From Deltaproteobacteria bacterium (GTDB taxonomy: Bacteria; Myxococcota; Kuafuiibacteriia; Kuafuiibacteriales; Kuafuiibacteriaceae): 64,000 bases of DNA. The translations under genes were made by a program, and so were the position numbers. Positions 18,804 to 27,734 of the stretch are shown here, piece after piece. The notes beneath the pieces are model-generated. The model was not told the origin of the DNA, searched no databases, and saw only the letters and a list, made by a program, of their open reading frames with translations. Each line of letters begins with the position of its first letter. Within the stretch, counting starts at the first letter, position 1. Location: assembly GCA_040218735.1 (NCBI GenBank), contig JAVJQW010000055.1:114508-178507 (forward strand), given 5' to 3'.

Positions 18804-20159
18804 TCACAGCGGCCCGTTGCCGGGCGCGGCATCGGTGATGTGCGGTGCGCCGAGCACCGCGAACGCGCGCGCGAGCTCGGGTCGGGTAGCGTCGGGGTGG
18901 ATCGTCTTGTCCAAGACCCCGGCTGCGGCTGCGCCGCCCGCGGCTTCGTACAGCGGGTGGACTTCGCCGCGGACCGCGCGGGCAGCCGCACCGCCCATCG
19001 CTTCGAACCGCGTCGAAGGGTAGGCGAGCCGAAGCTGTCCGGGCAGCGCGAGGACGCTCCCGCCGCCGTACACCTTGCGGATCACGAGGGACACGAGCGG
19101 GGTTCGGCAGCGGGCGTACGCGTAGATGAGCTTCGCGCCGTGGAGGAGGAGCCCGCCCTGTTCCTGGTCCACGCCGGGGAGGAAGCCGGGGACGTCGACG
19201 AGCGTCAGGATCGGCAATCCGAACGCGCTGCAGAGCTGAACGAGGCGCGCGCCCTTACGCGAGGCTTCGCAGTCGAGCACGCCAGCGCGGTGCAGCGGTT
19301 GACTCGCGAGGATGCCGATCGAACGTCCGCCGAGGCGGGCGAGCCCGACGACGAGGTTCTTCGCGTACGCACCCTGGAGCTCCAGGAACGAGCCGCGGTC
19401 GACGATCTCCTCCACGATGGGGTGCACGTCGTACGGCTTTCGCTCCGAAGTGGGGAGAGCGGCTGCGATGCCTCGCGTCACGCGGTCGAGCGGGTCGTCG
19501 TTTGCGACCGCGTTGGCGGGGAGGTACGCGAGCAGGGCGCGCGCGGCGTCGATGGAGCTGGCTTCGTCGTCGGCGGTGACGTGCACGAGGCCGGTCGTGG
19601 TCGCGTGCATCGGGACGCCGCCGAGCGCATCGATCGCGACTTCACGCCCCGTCACGATCTGCGTGACGCGCGGCCCAGTGACGAAGCAGTAGCCGCCGTC
19701 CTCGTGACCGACGACCACGTCCTGCAGCGCCGAACCGTACGCGGCGCCGCCGACGCACAGGCCGAGCACCACGCCGACCTGCGGCACGAGCCCCGACAGG
19801 CGCGCGGTCGCGGCCAGCACCTGCGCGAACGCCTCCATCGCGGCCGGGCCTTCTTCGATACGGACGCCGTCCGAGTCGAACAGCGTGACGACGGGGGTAC
19901 GTCGCCGCTCGGCGAGCTCGAGGAGCCGAAGGATCTTCTGGCCGCCGCTCACGCCGAGCGCTCCGCGCTGCACCATCGGGTCGTGCGCGTAGGCGGCGAC
20001 GGTGCGGCCGTCGATGCGGCCGAACCCGGCGATGACGCCGTCTTCACCGTCCCGTCGCGCGCCCACTTCGACGAAGCTCTCCGCGTCGAAGAGGCGCTCG
20101 ATGCGTTCGCGGACGAGGAGCCGTCCGAGGCGCTTGTGGCGGCGCTCTGCGGCGCTCAT
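18804..20159 (-). CDS. Acyl-CoA carboxylase carboxyltransferase (beta) subunit
   Basis: DGVIAGFGRIDGR, DSDGVRIEEG, GGAAYG, FVTGP, LVDVPGFLPGVDQE, RKVYGGG. Confidence 0.88.
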   Translation of the reverse strand: MSAAERRHKRLGRLLVRERIERLFDAESFVEVGARRDGEDGVIAGFGRIDGRTVAAYAHDPMVQRGALGVSGGQKILRLLELAERRRTPVVTLFDSDGVRIEEGPAAMEAFAQVLAATARLSGLVPQVGVVLGLCVGGAAYGSALQDVVVGHEDGGYCFVTGPRVTQIVTGREVAIDALGGVPMHATTTGLVHVTADDEASSIDAARALLAYLPANAVANDDPLDRVTRGIAAALPTSERKPYDVHPIVEEIVDRGSFLELQGAYAKNLVVGLARLGGRSIGILASQPLHRAGVLDCEASRKGARLVQLCSAFGLPILTLVDVPGFLPGVDQEQGGLLLHGAKLIYAYARCRTPLVSLVIRKVYGGGSVLALPGQLRLAYPSTRFEAMGGAAARAVRGEVHPLYEAAGGAAAAGVLDKTIHPDATRPELARAFAVLGAPHITDAAPGNGPL

Positions 20160-20407
20160 GCCGTCGCTCCCACGCGCTCTTCGAGGAACAGCACGAGCTT
20201 CTCGACGGTGTCGACGCCGTGGTACGCGCTGGGTTCGGCTTTGTACCCGAAGTCCTTCTGTAGCAGCAGGATGAAGTCGACAACGTCGAGGCTGTCGAGC
20301 CCCAACGTCGCGGTGAAGTTTGCGTCGTCTTCGATGACTTCTCGGTCGACGGAGAAGTCATCGGTGAGGATTCGAATCACGTGGGATCGGATGTCGTTTC
20401 GAGTCAT
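20156..20407 (-). CDS. Acyl carrier protein
   Basis: 83 aa, acidic, LGLDSLDVVD phosphopantetheine motif. Confidence 0.9.
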   Translation of the reverse strand: MTRNDIRSHVIRILTDDFSVDREVIEDDANFTATLGLDSLDVVDFILLLQKDFGYKAEPSAYHGVDTVEKLVLFLEERVGATA

Positions 20408-21420
20408 TTCGATTCTCCTGGGATGCGAATGAGTGCAGCGCCCGCGCAGAAGCCGGCGCCGCCGCCGACCAGCAACACGTTCGCGCCCGGCCGCAGGCGA
20501 GACGAGGTCAGCGCCTCGTCGGTCGCCACGGCCAAAGAAGCGGCGGACATGTTCCCGGTGCGGTGGACGTTGACGAACACCTTGGCGCTGGGGATTCGCA
20601 GGTAGCGCGCGAGGCGATCGAGGATCAGGCGGTTGGGTTGGTGCGGGACGACGAGGTCGATGTCGTCGAAGGTCAGGCGCATCGCGTCGAGGAGGGTGTT
20701 GGCCGCCTGACTCATGCCCTCCAGTGCGGTGAGGAACACCCGCGGACCATCGACCATCTTCAGGAAGTGTTCGCGGCGCGCGGCGGTGTCGGCCGTGGTC
20801 GGTCGACGACTGCCGCCCGCGGGGACGTGGATTGCCTCGGCGCCTTCGCCGTCGGTCATCAGGTGCACGGCGAGGAGCCCTTCACCGACGGGGCCGCGCT
20901 CGAGGAGCAGGCCTCCGGCGCCGTCGCCGAAGAGCGCGAAGGTCCCTCGGTCCGTGGGGTCGATGAGTCGCGAGCGAATGTCCGCCGCGAGGACGAGGAC
21001 GCGCTCGTCACCGGTGAGGATGGAGCGCGCAGCGAGGTCGAGGCCGAAGAGGAACCCACCGCACGCCGCGGCGACGTCGAAGGCCGGCGCGGGCGCGAGC
21101 CCGAGACCGCGTTGGACGAAACACGCGCAGGCGGGGATCGGGTGGTCGGGCGAGGAGGTGCCGACGACGAGGCGATCGACATTTGCGACACCGGCGCGGT
21201 CCAGCACCGTGCGGCCGGCCTCGATGGCGAGGTCGCTCGTGGCCTGGTCGGGCGCGGCCCACCGCCGCTCGCGGATGCCCGTGAGCTTTTCGATCTGCGC
21301 CGCCGTGAGCGGCGCGTCGGCTCGGGCCGCGAGCTCGTCGGTCGTGACGACGCGACCCGGGAGGTAGGAGCCGGTCGAGCGGATACGCAGGCCGGCGTGC
21401 TCGGCGATCAGGAGGCTCAT
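20404..21420 (-). CDS. 3-oxoacyl-ACP synthase III (FabH-like), canonical Cys-His-Asn
   Basis: TGSYLP, TGIRERR, DVAAACGG, LFGDGAG, VPHQPN, TGNMS. Confidence 0.9.
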   Translation of the reverse strand: MSLLIAEHAGLRIRSTGSYLPGRVVTTDELAARADAPLTAAQIEKLTGIRERRWAAPDQATSDLAIEAGRTVLDRAGVANVDRLVVGTSSPDHPIPACACFVQRGLGLAPAPAFDVAAACGGFLFGLDLAARSILTGDERVLVLAADIRSRLIDPTDRGTFALFGDGAGGLLLERGPVGEGLLAVHLMTDGEGAEAIHVPAGGSRRPTTADTAARREHFLKMVDGPRVFLTALEGMSQAANTLLDAMRLTFDDIDLVVPHQPNRLILDRLARYLRIPSAKVFVNVHRTGNMSAASLAVATDEALTSSRLRPGANVLLVGGGAGFCAGAALIRIPGESK

Positions 21421-21656
21421 CGACTCGTCTCCTGCGTCCGTTGGACGAGTCGAACGAGCGCACCGATCGATTCGAACGCCGCGGGTGTCACGTCGCGCGC
21501 GCTCAATCGGACGCCGAAGTCGTCCTCGATCGCGCCGTGCACGAGGACGATGCCGAGGGAGTCGAGCCCGATGGGTTGGTCGTCGCCGAGCGCGGTGACG
21601 TCGAGCGTCGCGTGACGCGAGACGATTCGCGCGAGCCGGTCGCGGATGTCAGACAT
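21417..21656 (-). CDS. Second acyl carrier protein
   Basis: 79 aa from MSDIRDRL; IGLDSLGIV, IEDDFGV, FESIGAL. Confidence 0.85.
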   Translation of the reverse strand: MSDIRDRLARIVSRHATLDVTALGDDQPIGLDSLGIVLVHGAIEDDFGVRLSARDVTPAAFESIGALVRLVQRTQETSR

Positions 21657-22698
21657 GGATGCCTCCCACGGAGTAGATCGCGGCGCCCCACGTGAGGCCG
21701 CCGCCGACGGCGCCGAGGAGCAGGTGCTCGTCGGCCCTGAACAACGGACGCCGATGGTGCAGCGCGAGGAAGAGGCCCGCCGCGCCGCAGTTGCCGTGGT
21801 CGGCGACGCCGTCGAATGTGCAGTCGTGGGCCACACCGAGCGCCGCAGACATCCGTTCGATCGCGGGGCGGCTGCTCTGCTGCGGGATGAAACAGGCGAT
21901 GTCTTCCACGCCGATCGTCGCCGATTCCATCGCGGTCGATGCGGCGTCGGCGCAGCGCAAGGTTCCTTGCTCGAGGAACGCCTCGGGTGCGGCGCGCAGC
22001 CAGTAAGCGCCGGCGTCGATGCGGTCGTGGGTGCAGGGGAAGGGGGCGCCCCCGCCCATCGCGTCGATCGAGCCGTCCGCGTCGAACGTCGATGCCCTCA
22101 GGCCGCCACGGTCGTGAGGGACGATGACCACGGCACCTGCGCCGTCGCCGAGCGCCAGCGCCGCGAGCGGTGCGTCCGGGGGGATCATCAGGGAGAAGGC
22201 GTCGGCGCCGACGACCGCGACGGGCTGGCGCGTCGACGTCGCGAACAGGCAGCCCTGTACGAAGGCGAGGAGGCCCCCCGTGCAGCCGGCCCGAACGTCG
22301 AAGGCCGCGCACCGCGCGCCGACGCGGCCTGCGATCGCGGGCGCGTTGGCGCCCGTGATGCGCGCGGGCGTGCTGGTCGACGTGATGATCGCACCCAGCG
22401 CGCCCGACGACAGGGCGGCGTCGTTCAGCGCCTGCTCGAGCGCGCGGGCGCCGAGGTCGACAGTGCTCGGGGCGTCGTCACGGAATGGCTCGCCGACGGC
22501 GTGCACCCAGTGCCGGTTCGCGACGCCGAGGCGCTCGAAGATCAACGCGTCCATCGCGTCGGCGTCGCGTGCGCCGCGCGGGCCGGTCGCGCCAAGGCGC
22601 TCGACGACCTCGCGGTTGGAGATCGGCGGCCCCGGGAGGTACGCACCGGTCCCGGCGATGCGGCAGCGCGCCGGCGTGTCGATCGTCAGCGCGGTCAT
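21649..22698 (-). CDS. FabH-like ketosynthase III with His replaced by Gln
   Basis: GTGAYLP, DVRAGCTGG, LGDGAGA, FIPQQSS (normally PHQ), HGNCG, GGGLTWG. Confidence 0.85.
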   Translation of the reverse strand: MTALTIDTPARCRIAGTGAYLPGPPISNREVVERLGATGPRGARDADAMDALIFERLGVANRHWVHAVGEPFRDDAPSTVDLGARALEQALNDAALSSGALGAIITSTSTPARITGANAPAIAGRVGARCAAFDVRAGCTGGLLAFVQGCLFATSTRQPVAVVGADAFSLMIPPDAPLAALALGDGAGAVVIVPHDRGGLRASTFDADGSIDAMGGGAPFPCTHDRIDAGAYWLRAAPEAFLEQGTLRCADAASTAMESATIGVEDIACFIPQQSSRPAIERMSAALGVAHDCTFDGVADHGNCGAAGLFLALHHRRPLFRADEHLLLGAVGGGLTWGAAIYSVGGIHV

Positions 22699-24344
22699 GA
22701 CGAGGTCTCCGCGACGAGCGCGCGACACTGCGCGCGCTGCTTCTTGCCGCTCGACGTCTTCGGGAGCGTGTGCGGCGCGGCGAGCACCACGCGTTGCACC
22801 GCGACGCCGACGTGCCGGAGCACGGTCTGCGTGATGCCGCGTTCGAGCGCCCGACGTTCGTTCGGATCCGAGAGTCGCGTCTCGACGGCGATCATCAGCG
22901 CGTCGGCGCCGCGTCGGTCGTCGAAGGCGCTCAGGGCATAGGCGTTGCCCTTGCGGACGCCGGGGAGTGACTCCACGGTTGCTTCGATGTCCTCGGCGTA
23001 GAAGTTACGGCCGCGAACGATGAGTACGTGTTTGGAGCGGCCGATGACGAAGAGCTCACCTCGCTCGTCGAAGTAGCCCAGATCGCCGGTTCGCAACTCA
23101 CCGTCGCGAATGACTTCGTGCGTGGCGGATGGGTCACCGAGGTAACCGGCCATCACCGAGGGGCTGCGGACCGTGATCTCACCGACGCTCCGCGGCTCGA
23201 GCTCGACGCCGTTCGGGTCGCGCACGGCGACGAGGTTTCCGGTCAGCGGCGCGCCGACGGAGACGACCTCCACCGCGTCCGCGGATTCGGTCGCCTGGAC
23301 GGCACGCGGGTGGCTCGCGTCCTGGAGCGCCTCACGCAGAATCCGCTGAACGCGGAGGCCGTCGCCCGGGCGTCCGAGCGAGACGCCGACGCAGCACTCC
23401 GCGAGGCCGTAGGCGCTGCAGAAGCTGGCAGGGTCGAGACCGGCGCGAGCAAAACGATCGTAGAACGCGCGGATGACTTCGGGCTGAATGGGTTCACCGC
23501 CCGAGACGACGAGCCGGAGCGCTCCAAGGTCGAGGCCGCTGAGGACGTCGTCGTCGACGCGCCGGGTGCTGAGTCCGAACGCAAAGCTCGGCGCGGTGGT
23601 GACGGTCGCACGGTGACGCGAGACCGCACGCCACCACGCCGCGGGCTCTTGAATGAAACGCGCCGGCGACATGAGTACGTGCTCGGCCGGTCCGAAGAGC
23701 GCCTGGAACAGCGCGCCGATCAGACCGAAGTCGTGATAGAGCGGCAGCCACGTGACGGCGGTGTCCGTGGGCCCGACCTGCGTGCGCTCGGCGAGAGCGC
23801 GGCAGTTGGCCATGAGGTTTCTCTGCAGCAGGACCGCAGGCTTCGGGAGCGACGTGCTGCCGGAGGTGCACTGGATCAGGCCGATGTCGTCCGGGCTCGG
23901 GTCCTGGTCGACGCCCGGCTCCGCGGTGAGCGTCGCGACGTCACAAATTCCGCGCTCCCCGAAGTTGGCCTCGATCGCCGCGCCGATCGTCGCGTCGGTC
24001 ACGACGAAGCGGGCGCCCGTGGCGCGGGTGATGTGGTCGAGGAGCCGCCGGTAGTCGTCGAGTCGCGCCATCGCAACCGGGGGATACGCAGGCGCGACGG
24101 CGCCGCCCGCGAGCATCACGCCGAAGAGCATCTCGACGAGCTCGAAGCTCGTATCGAGCACCACGATCACCGCGTCGCCGCGCTCCAGGCCTCGACGCCG
24201 GAGCGCCTCGGCACGGCGGCGCGCGCCCTCGTAGATCTCGCCGTACGTTCGGCGCTCCTCGTGGCCGTCGGTGCCGGCGATCACGATGCCCTGGTCACTT
24301 CGTGCGGCGCGTCGCAGCGCGGCGCAGAGGTTGTTCGGCTCCAT
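22695..24344 (-). CDS. Fatty acyl-AMP ligase (FAAL)
   Basis: IQCTSGSTSLPK, WLPLYHDFGLIG, YGLAE, LRTGDLG, GRNFYAEDIE, LPKTSSGKKQR. Confidence 0.9.
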   Translation of the reverse strand: MEPNNLCAALRRAARSDQGIVIAGTDGHEERRTYGEIYEGARRRAEALRRRGLERGDAVIVVLDTSFELVEMLFGVMLAGGAVAPAYPPVAMARLDDYRRLLDHITRATGARFVVTDATIGAAIEANFGERGICDVATLTAEPGVDQDPSPDDIGLIQCTSGSTSLPKPAVLLQRNLMANCRALAERTQVGPTDTAVTWLPLYHDFGLIGALFQALFGPAEHVLMSPARFIQEPAAWWRAVSRHRATVTTAPSFAFGLSTRRVDDDVLSGLDLGALRLVVSGGEPIQPEVIRAFYDRFARAGLDPASFCSAYGLAECCVGVSLGRPGDGLRVQRILREALQDASHPRAVQATESADAVEVVSVGAPLTGNLVAVRDPNGVELEPRSVGEITVRSPSVMAGYLGDPSATHEVIRDGELRTGDLGYFDERGELFVIGRSKHVLIVRGRNFYAEDIEATVESLPGVRKGNAYALSAFDDRRGADALMIAVETRLSDPNERRALERGITQTVLRHVGVAVQRVVLAAPHTLPKTSSGKKQRAQCRALVAETSS

Positions 24345-24359
24345 GCTGCCGAGGACGAG

Positions 24360-24375
24360 TGCAACGGAGGTGCCA
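24360..24375 (-). promoter_or_regulatory. Sigma-54 promoter upstream of the FAAL operon
   Basis: Minus strand TGGCACCTCCGTTGCA matches TGGCAC-N5-TTGC, 15 nt before the ATG. Confidence 0.75.
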
Positions 24376-24445
24376 CCGGTAGCTCGTGGCGAGCGGCGCC
24401 GTCGTGTGCAGAACGCTTTACACCTTGTGTACGCGCCTGCGCGGC

Positions 24446-25216
24446 TTACAGGAGGTTCGTGAGGTGCAGCCCCCCGTCGATCGGGAGCACCGCGCCCGTG
24501 ATCTGACCGGCGACGGGGGAGCACAGGAAGGTGACGAGCCGCGCTACGTCTTCGTTCTTCGACAGGGCGCGCGTCGCGGCCGCGCGTTTCATCTTCCGGC
24601 GCGCGGCGGGGTCGTCGTTGAGCTCCGCGAGGCGTTCGTTGTCGACGAAGCCCGGCGCGACGATGTTCGCGGTGACGCCGTAACGTCCGAAATCGAGCGC
24701 GATGTTGCGCACGAGCCCTTCGAGCGCCGCCTTGACCGTCGAGTTGATCGGCGTCTTCGGCGCGCCCATGCGCCCGAGGTGCGAACCGACCACCACCACC
24801 CGTCCGTCGCGCGCCGCCATCATCTCCTCCAACGCCGGCCCCAGGAGCGCGAAGGGCGCGCGGAGGTCGGTGTTCAGCGAGACGTCGAGGTCCTGCCGGA
24901 ACACGCTGTGCACCTTCGCGTAGCGGTGCATGTGGCCGTGGCTCAGCACGACGATCGTCGGTGCTTCGCCGAGCGCCTCCGTGGCGCGCGCAACGACACC
25001 GGACGCTGCGTCCCAGTCGCTCAAGTCGGCAGGGATGACGTGGGCTTCGCCGCCGCGTTCACGGATCTCGGCGGCGGTCCGGTCGAGGTTTGCCTCGCTC
25101 CGCGCGACGAGCGCGACGCGCACCCCTTCGTCGGCGAGCGCGAGCGCGATCGCCCGGCCGATGCCGCGGCTCGCGCCGGTGATGACGGCGGTTCGTCGTT
25201 CGAGATCGAGGAACAT
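24446..25216 (-). CDS. SDR oxidoreductase (FabG-like) with atypical NxxxK active site
   Basis: TGASRGIG, VTANIVAPG, ITGAVLPIDGG; INSTVK in place of YxxxK. Confidence 0.85.
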   Translation of the reverse strand: MFLDLERRTAVITGASRGIGRAIALALADEGVRVALVARSEANLDRTAAEIRERGGEAHVIPADLSDWDAASGVVARATEALGEAPTIVVLSHGHMHRYAKVHSVFRQDLDVSLNTDLRAPFALLGPALEEMMAARDGRVVVVGSHLGRMGAPKTPINSTVKAALEGLVRNIALDFGRYGVTANIVAPGFVDNERLAELNDDPAARRKMKRAAATRALSKNEDVARLVTFLCSPVAGQITGAVLPIDGGLHLTNLL

Positions 25217-25229
25217 GCGCCGGTGCGAA

Positions 25230-25260
25230 TGCACGAAGCACGCCGGGCACGGTTCCTGCT
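25230..25260. promoter_or_regulatory. Back-to-back divergent sigma-54-like promoters (SDR and MMPL)
   Basis: Minus CGGCGTGCTTCGTGCA (25245-25230) and plus GGGCACGGTTCCTGCT (25245-25260), both GG-N10-GC, 13-15 nt before their starts. Confidence 0.55.
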
Positions 25261-25275
25261 CTTGGTGGGCGGACG

Positions 25276-27627
25276 ATGGAGCGCGCTGCGCATGCGATCG
25301 CCACGACGATCGTCGATCACCCGAAGCTGTGTCTGAGCGCCGCGCTCGTCGTCACGGTGGTGGCGGGGGTGGCGGGGGTGGCCGCGCCCGGGCTTCGGTT
25401 CGACTCGTCCTATCGCTCGATGCTCCCGCCGGACGAGCCGCGGATCCTCGAGGCGGACGCCGTGCGCGCCCGCACGGGGGGGCAGCGGCAGCTGGTGATC
25501 GCCGTGTCCGGGCCCGACGCCGAGCGGCGTGCGGCGTTCGGGCGGGCGCTCGCGGACGACATCGAGGCCCTACCTCAGATTCGCTGGGTCGACGCCGAGC
25601 TCCCGGTCGCGTGGTTCGAGGCGCGTGCGCTGTGGCTGCTCGAGGAAGACGAGCTCGAGGCGATCGTGGAGGCGGTGGGCGACGCTCTGGATCGCGAGGC
25701 CGCGGCCCGTCACCCCTTGAGCATCGCGCTCGACGCGGACTCGACGGCGGAGGACGCGTGGGCTCGCGTTCGACAACGCATCGACGCGAACCGCAGCGAG
25801 CTCCATCGTATGCACCTCGAGAGCCGCGACGGGCGCTACACCTTCGTCGTCGTCACCCCGACCGTGACGGTCATGGACTTCGAGGGGTCGAACGCTCTCT
25901 TCAGTGGAATCGAACGTGCGGTGCGTTCCCTCCGCGAAGTGTACCCCGACGTCGAGGTTCGGTACGCGGGGAAGTTCCAGCTCGCGCGCGACCAACACGC
26001 CGTCCTCACGGCGGACATGCGGCGCGCGTCCCTGCTCGCGTTCGCGTTGTGCCTCATCGTCATCGCGCTCGTCACGCGCCGCCTCGCGGCTCCGTTGATC
26101 GTCGTGGGCGGTGTGGTGCTCGGACTCGTCTGGACCCTCGCCGCCGCGCGGCTCCTCGTCGGTTCTCTCAACCTCATCAGCGCGTTCCTCGTGCCGGTGC
26201 TGATCGGCCTCGGCGCGGACTTCGGCATTCACCTCGTGGTCCGCTACGGGCAGGAGCGGGCGGAGCGCCCGGCGCGCGCCGCACGGATCGCGACCGTCGC
26301 CGGTCTGCTCCCGCCTTCGTTCGTCAGCGCACTCACCACGGCCGGCACGTTCGCGGTGCTCACGCTCTCCGACTTTCGCGGCTTCTCGGAGCTGGGGCTC
26401 GTCGCGGCCGTCGGCGTGTTGCTCACCTTCGTCGTGAGCTTCCTCGCGGTGCCTTCCATGCTCGGGCGCTTCGGCGGCGCTACGACGCCGGTGTCCGGAG
26501 GCGCACGTGTCTTCCCGCGTCGCGCGGCCGTGCTCGTCGTGATCGCCCTATCCGTCGGCGCGCTCTTCGGCGCCGTCCGCGCGACCGACATCCGCTTCGA
26601 CAACGACTACCGCCGCCTGAGGACCGACTCCGACGAGGTCGAGTTCTTCCGCTACGTCGACGAGAACCTCGGCCTTCGATTCGATCCGACGGTGGTGGTG
26701 GTCGACGATCTGGACGCGGCGCGCGCCGTCCACCGGGCCATCGCCGCCGAGGGGGTGGGGCGCGTGTTCTCGATCGTCGATCTCCTCCCGCGAACGTCAC
26801 CGCGGCGCCGCGAGCTCTTGGACGAGCTGCAGGCGTTGCTGTCCCGGCGTGCCTACGACGGGCTCCGAGGCGACGACGCCGAGCTGCTCGCACGCGCGCG
26901 CGCGCAGGTCGCGCAGGCGCCGTGGTCGGTCGACGAGATCCCGGCCACGGTGCGTCGCCGCCTCATGACGTTGGACGGGGAGGGGTGCACGGTCCTGTTT
27001 TGGCCCGACACACCGATCACCTCCGACGCCGCCGCGTGGGCCTGGGCGGAGCGCCTCGATCGAATCGGCGCGCAGCTCGACGCGGAGGGCGTCACGCACC
27101 TGATGGCGACGGAGACGTTGACGCCGTCGTGGGTGCACCAGCGCATCGTCGCCGACGCGCCGAAGACGATCACGCTCGCGGCGCTCGTCGTTCTGATGAT
27201 CACCGCGGCCTCGATGCGGACGGTGCGGAGGACGCTGCTCGTCTGCGTCCCGCTGGTCGTCGCCGTGACGGGGACGCTCGGGGTGATGGTCGCGACCGGC
27301 CTCGACCTCGACATGTTCAACCTCATCGTCCTGCCCACCGTGTTGGGCATCGGCATCGACAACCTCGTGCACCTCGTCCACCGCTACGAGCGCTGCGGAC
27401 CGGGCTCGATGCCGTTCGTGTGGAAGAGGACGGGGCAGTCGGTGCTCCTCACGTCCGTCACCACCGCGATCGGCTTCGGCGCGATGCTCGTGGCGCACCA
27501 CGCCGGGCTCAGGAGCCTCGGCACGTTGGCGTTGATCGCGATCGGCGCCACGCTGCTCGCGGCGGCCGTGTATCTCCCGGCGCTGTTGGTGATGATCGAT
27601 CGCGCAGCGCCGGATCGAGTACGCTGA
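25276..27627 (+). CDS. MMPL family transporter (HpnN-like)
   Basis: LIGLGADFGIH, SALTTAGTF, LGIGIDNLVH, TSVTTAIGFG. Confidence 0.88.
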   Translation: MERAAHAIATTIVDHPKLCLSAALVVTVVAGVAGVAAPGLRFDSSYRSMLPPDEPRILEADAVRARTGGQRQLVIAVSGPDAERRAAFGRALADDIEALPQIRWVDAELPVAWFEARALWLLEEDELEAIVEAVGDALDREAAARHPLSIALDADSTAEDAWARVRQRIDANRSELHRMHLESRDGRYTFVVVTPTVTVMDFEGSNALFSGIERAVRSLREVYPDVEVRYAGKFQLARDQHAVLTADMRRASLLAFALCLIVIALVTRRLAAPLIVVGGVVLGLVWTLAAARLLVGSLNLISAFLVPVLIGLGADFGIHLVVRYGQERAERPARAARIATVAGLLPPSFVSALTTAGTFAVLTLSDFRGFSELGLVAAVGVLLTFVVSFLAVPSMLGRFGGATTPVSGGARVFPRRAAVLVVIALSVGALFGAVRATDIRFDNDYRRLRTDSDEVEFFRYVDENLGLRFDPTVVVVDDLDAARAVHRAIAAEGVGRVFSIVDLLPRTSPRRRELLDELQALLSRRAYDGLRGDDAELLARARAQVAQAPWSVDEIPATVRRRLMTLDGEGCTVLFWPDTPITSDAAAWAWAERLDRIGAQLDAEGVTHLMATETLTPSWVHQRIVADAPKTITLAALVVLMITAASMRTVRRTLLVCVPLVVAVTGTLGVMVATGLDLDMFNLIVLPTVLGIGIDNLVHLVHRYERCGPGSMPFVWKRTGQSVLLTSVTTAIGFGAMLVAHHAGLRSLGTLALIAIGATLLAAAVYLPALLVMIDRAAPDRVR

Positions 27628-27734
27628 TTCGGACGTCGCCAGCACACCGCCCAAGCGCTTACGCTGGATGCGAAGCTCGAAGCGGCGCGCGAGGCCCTCG
27701 CCCACGGGGTGCTCGACGTGGGATACGACGGCGC

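Noticed and set aside
15046-18991. Long N-terminal extensions of the AMP ligase, LbH and GH3 ORFs in the track
   Set aside because: They overlap upstream genes in other frames; better starts lie at 16473, 17294 and 18790
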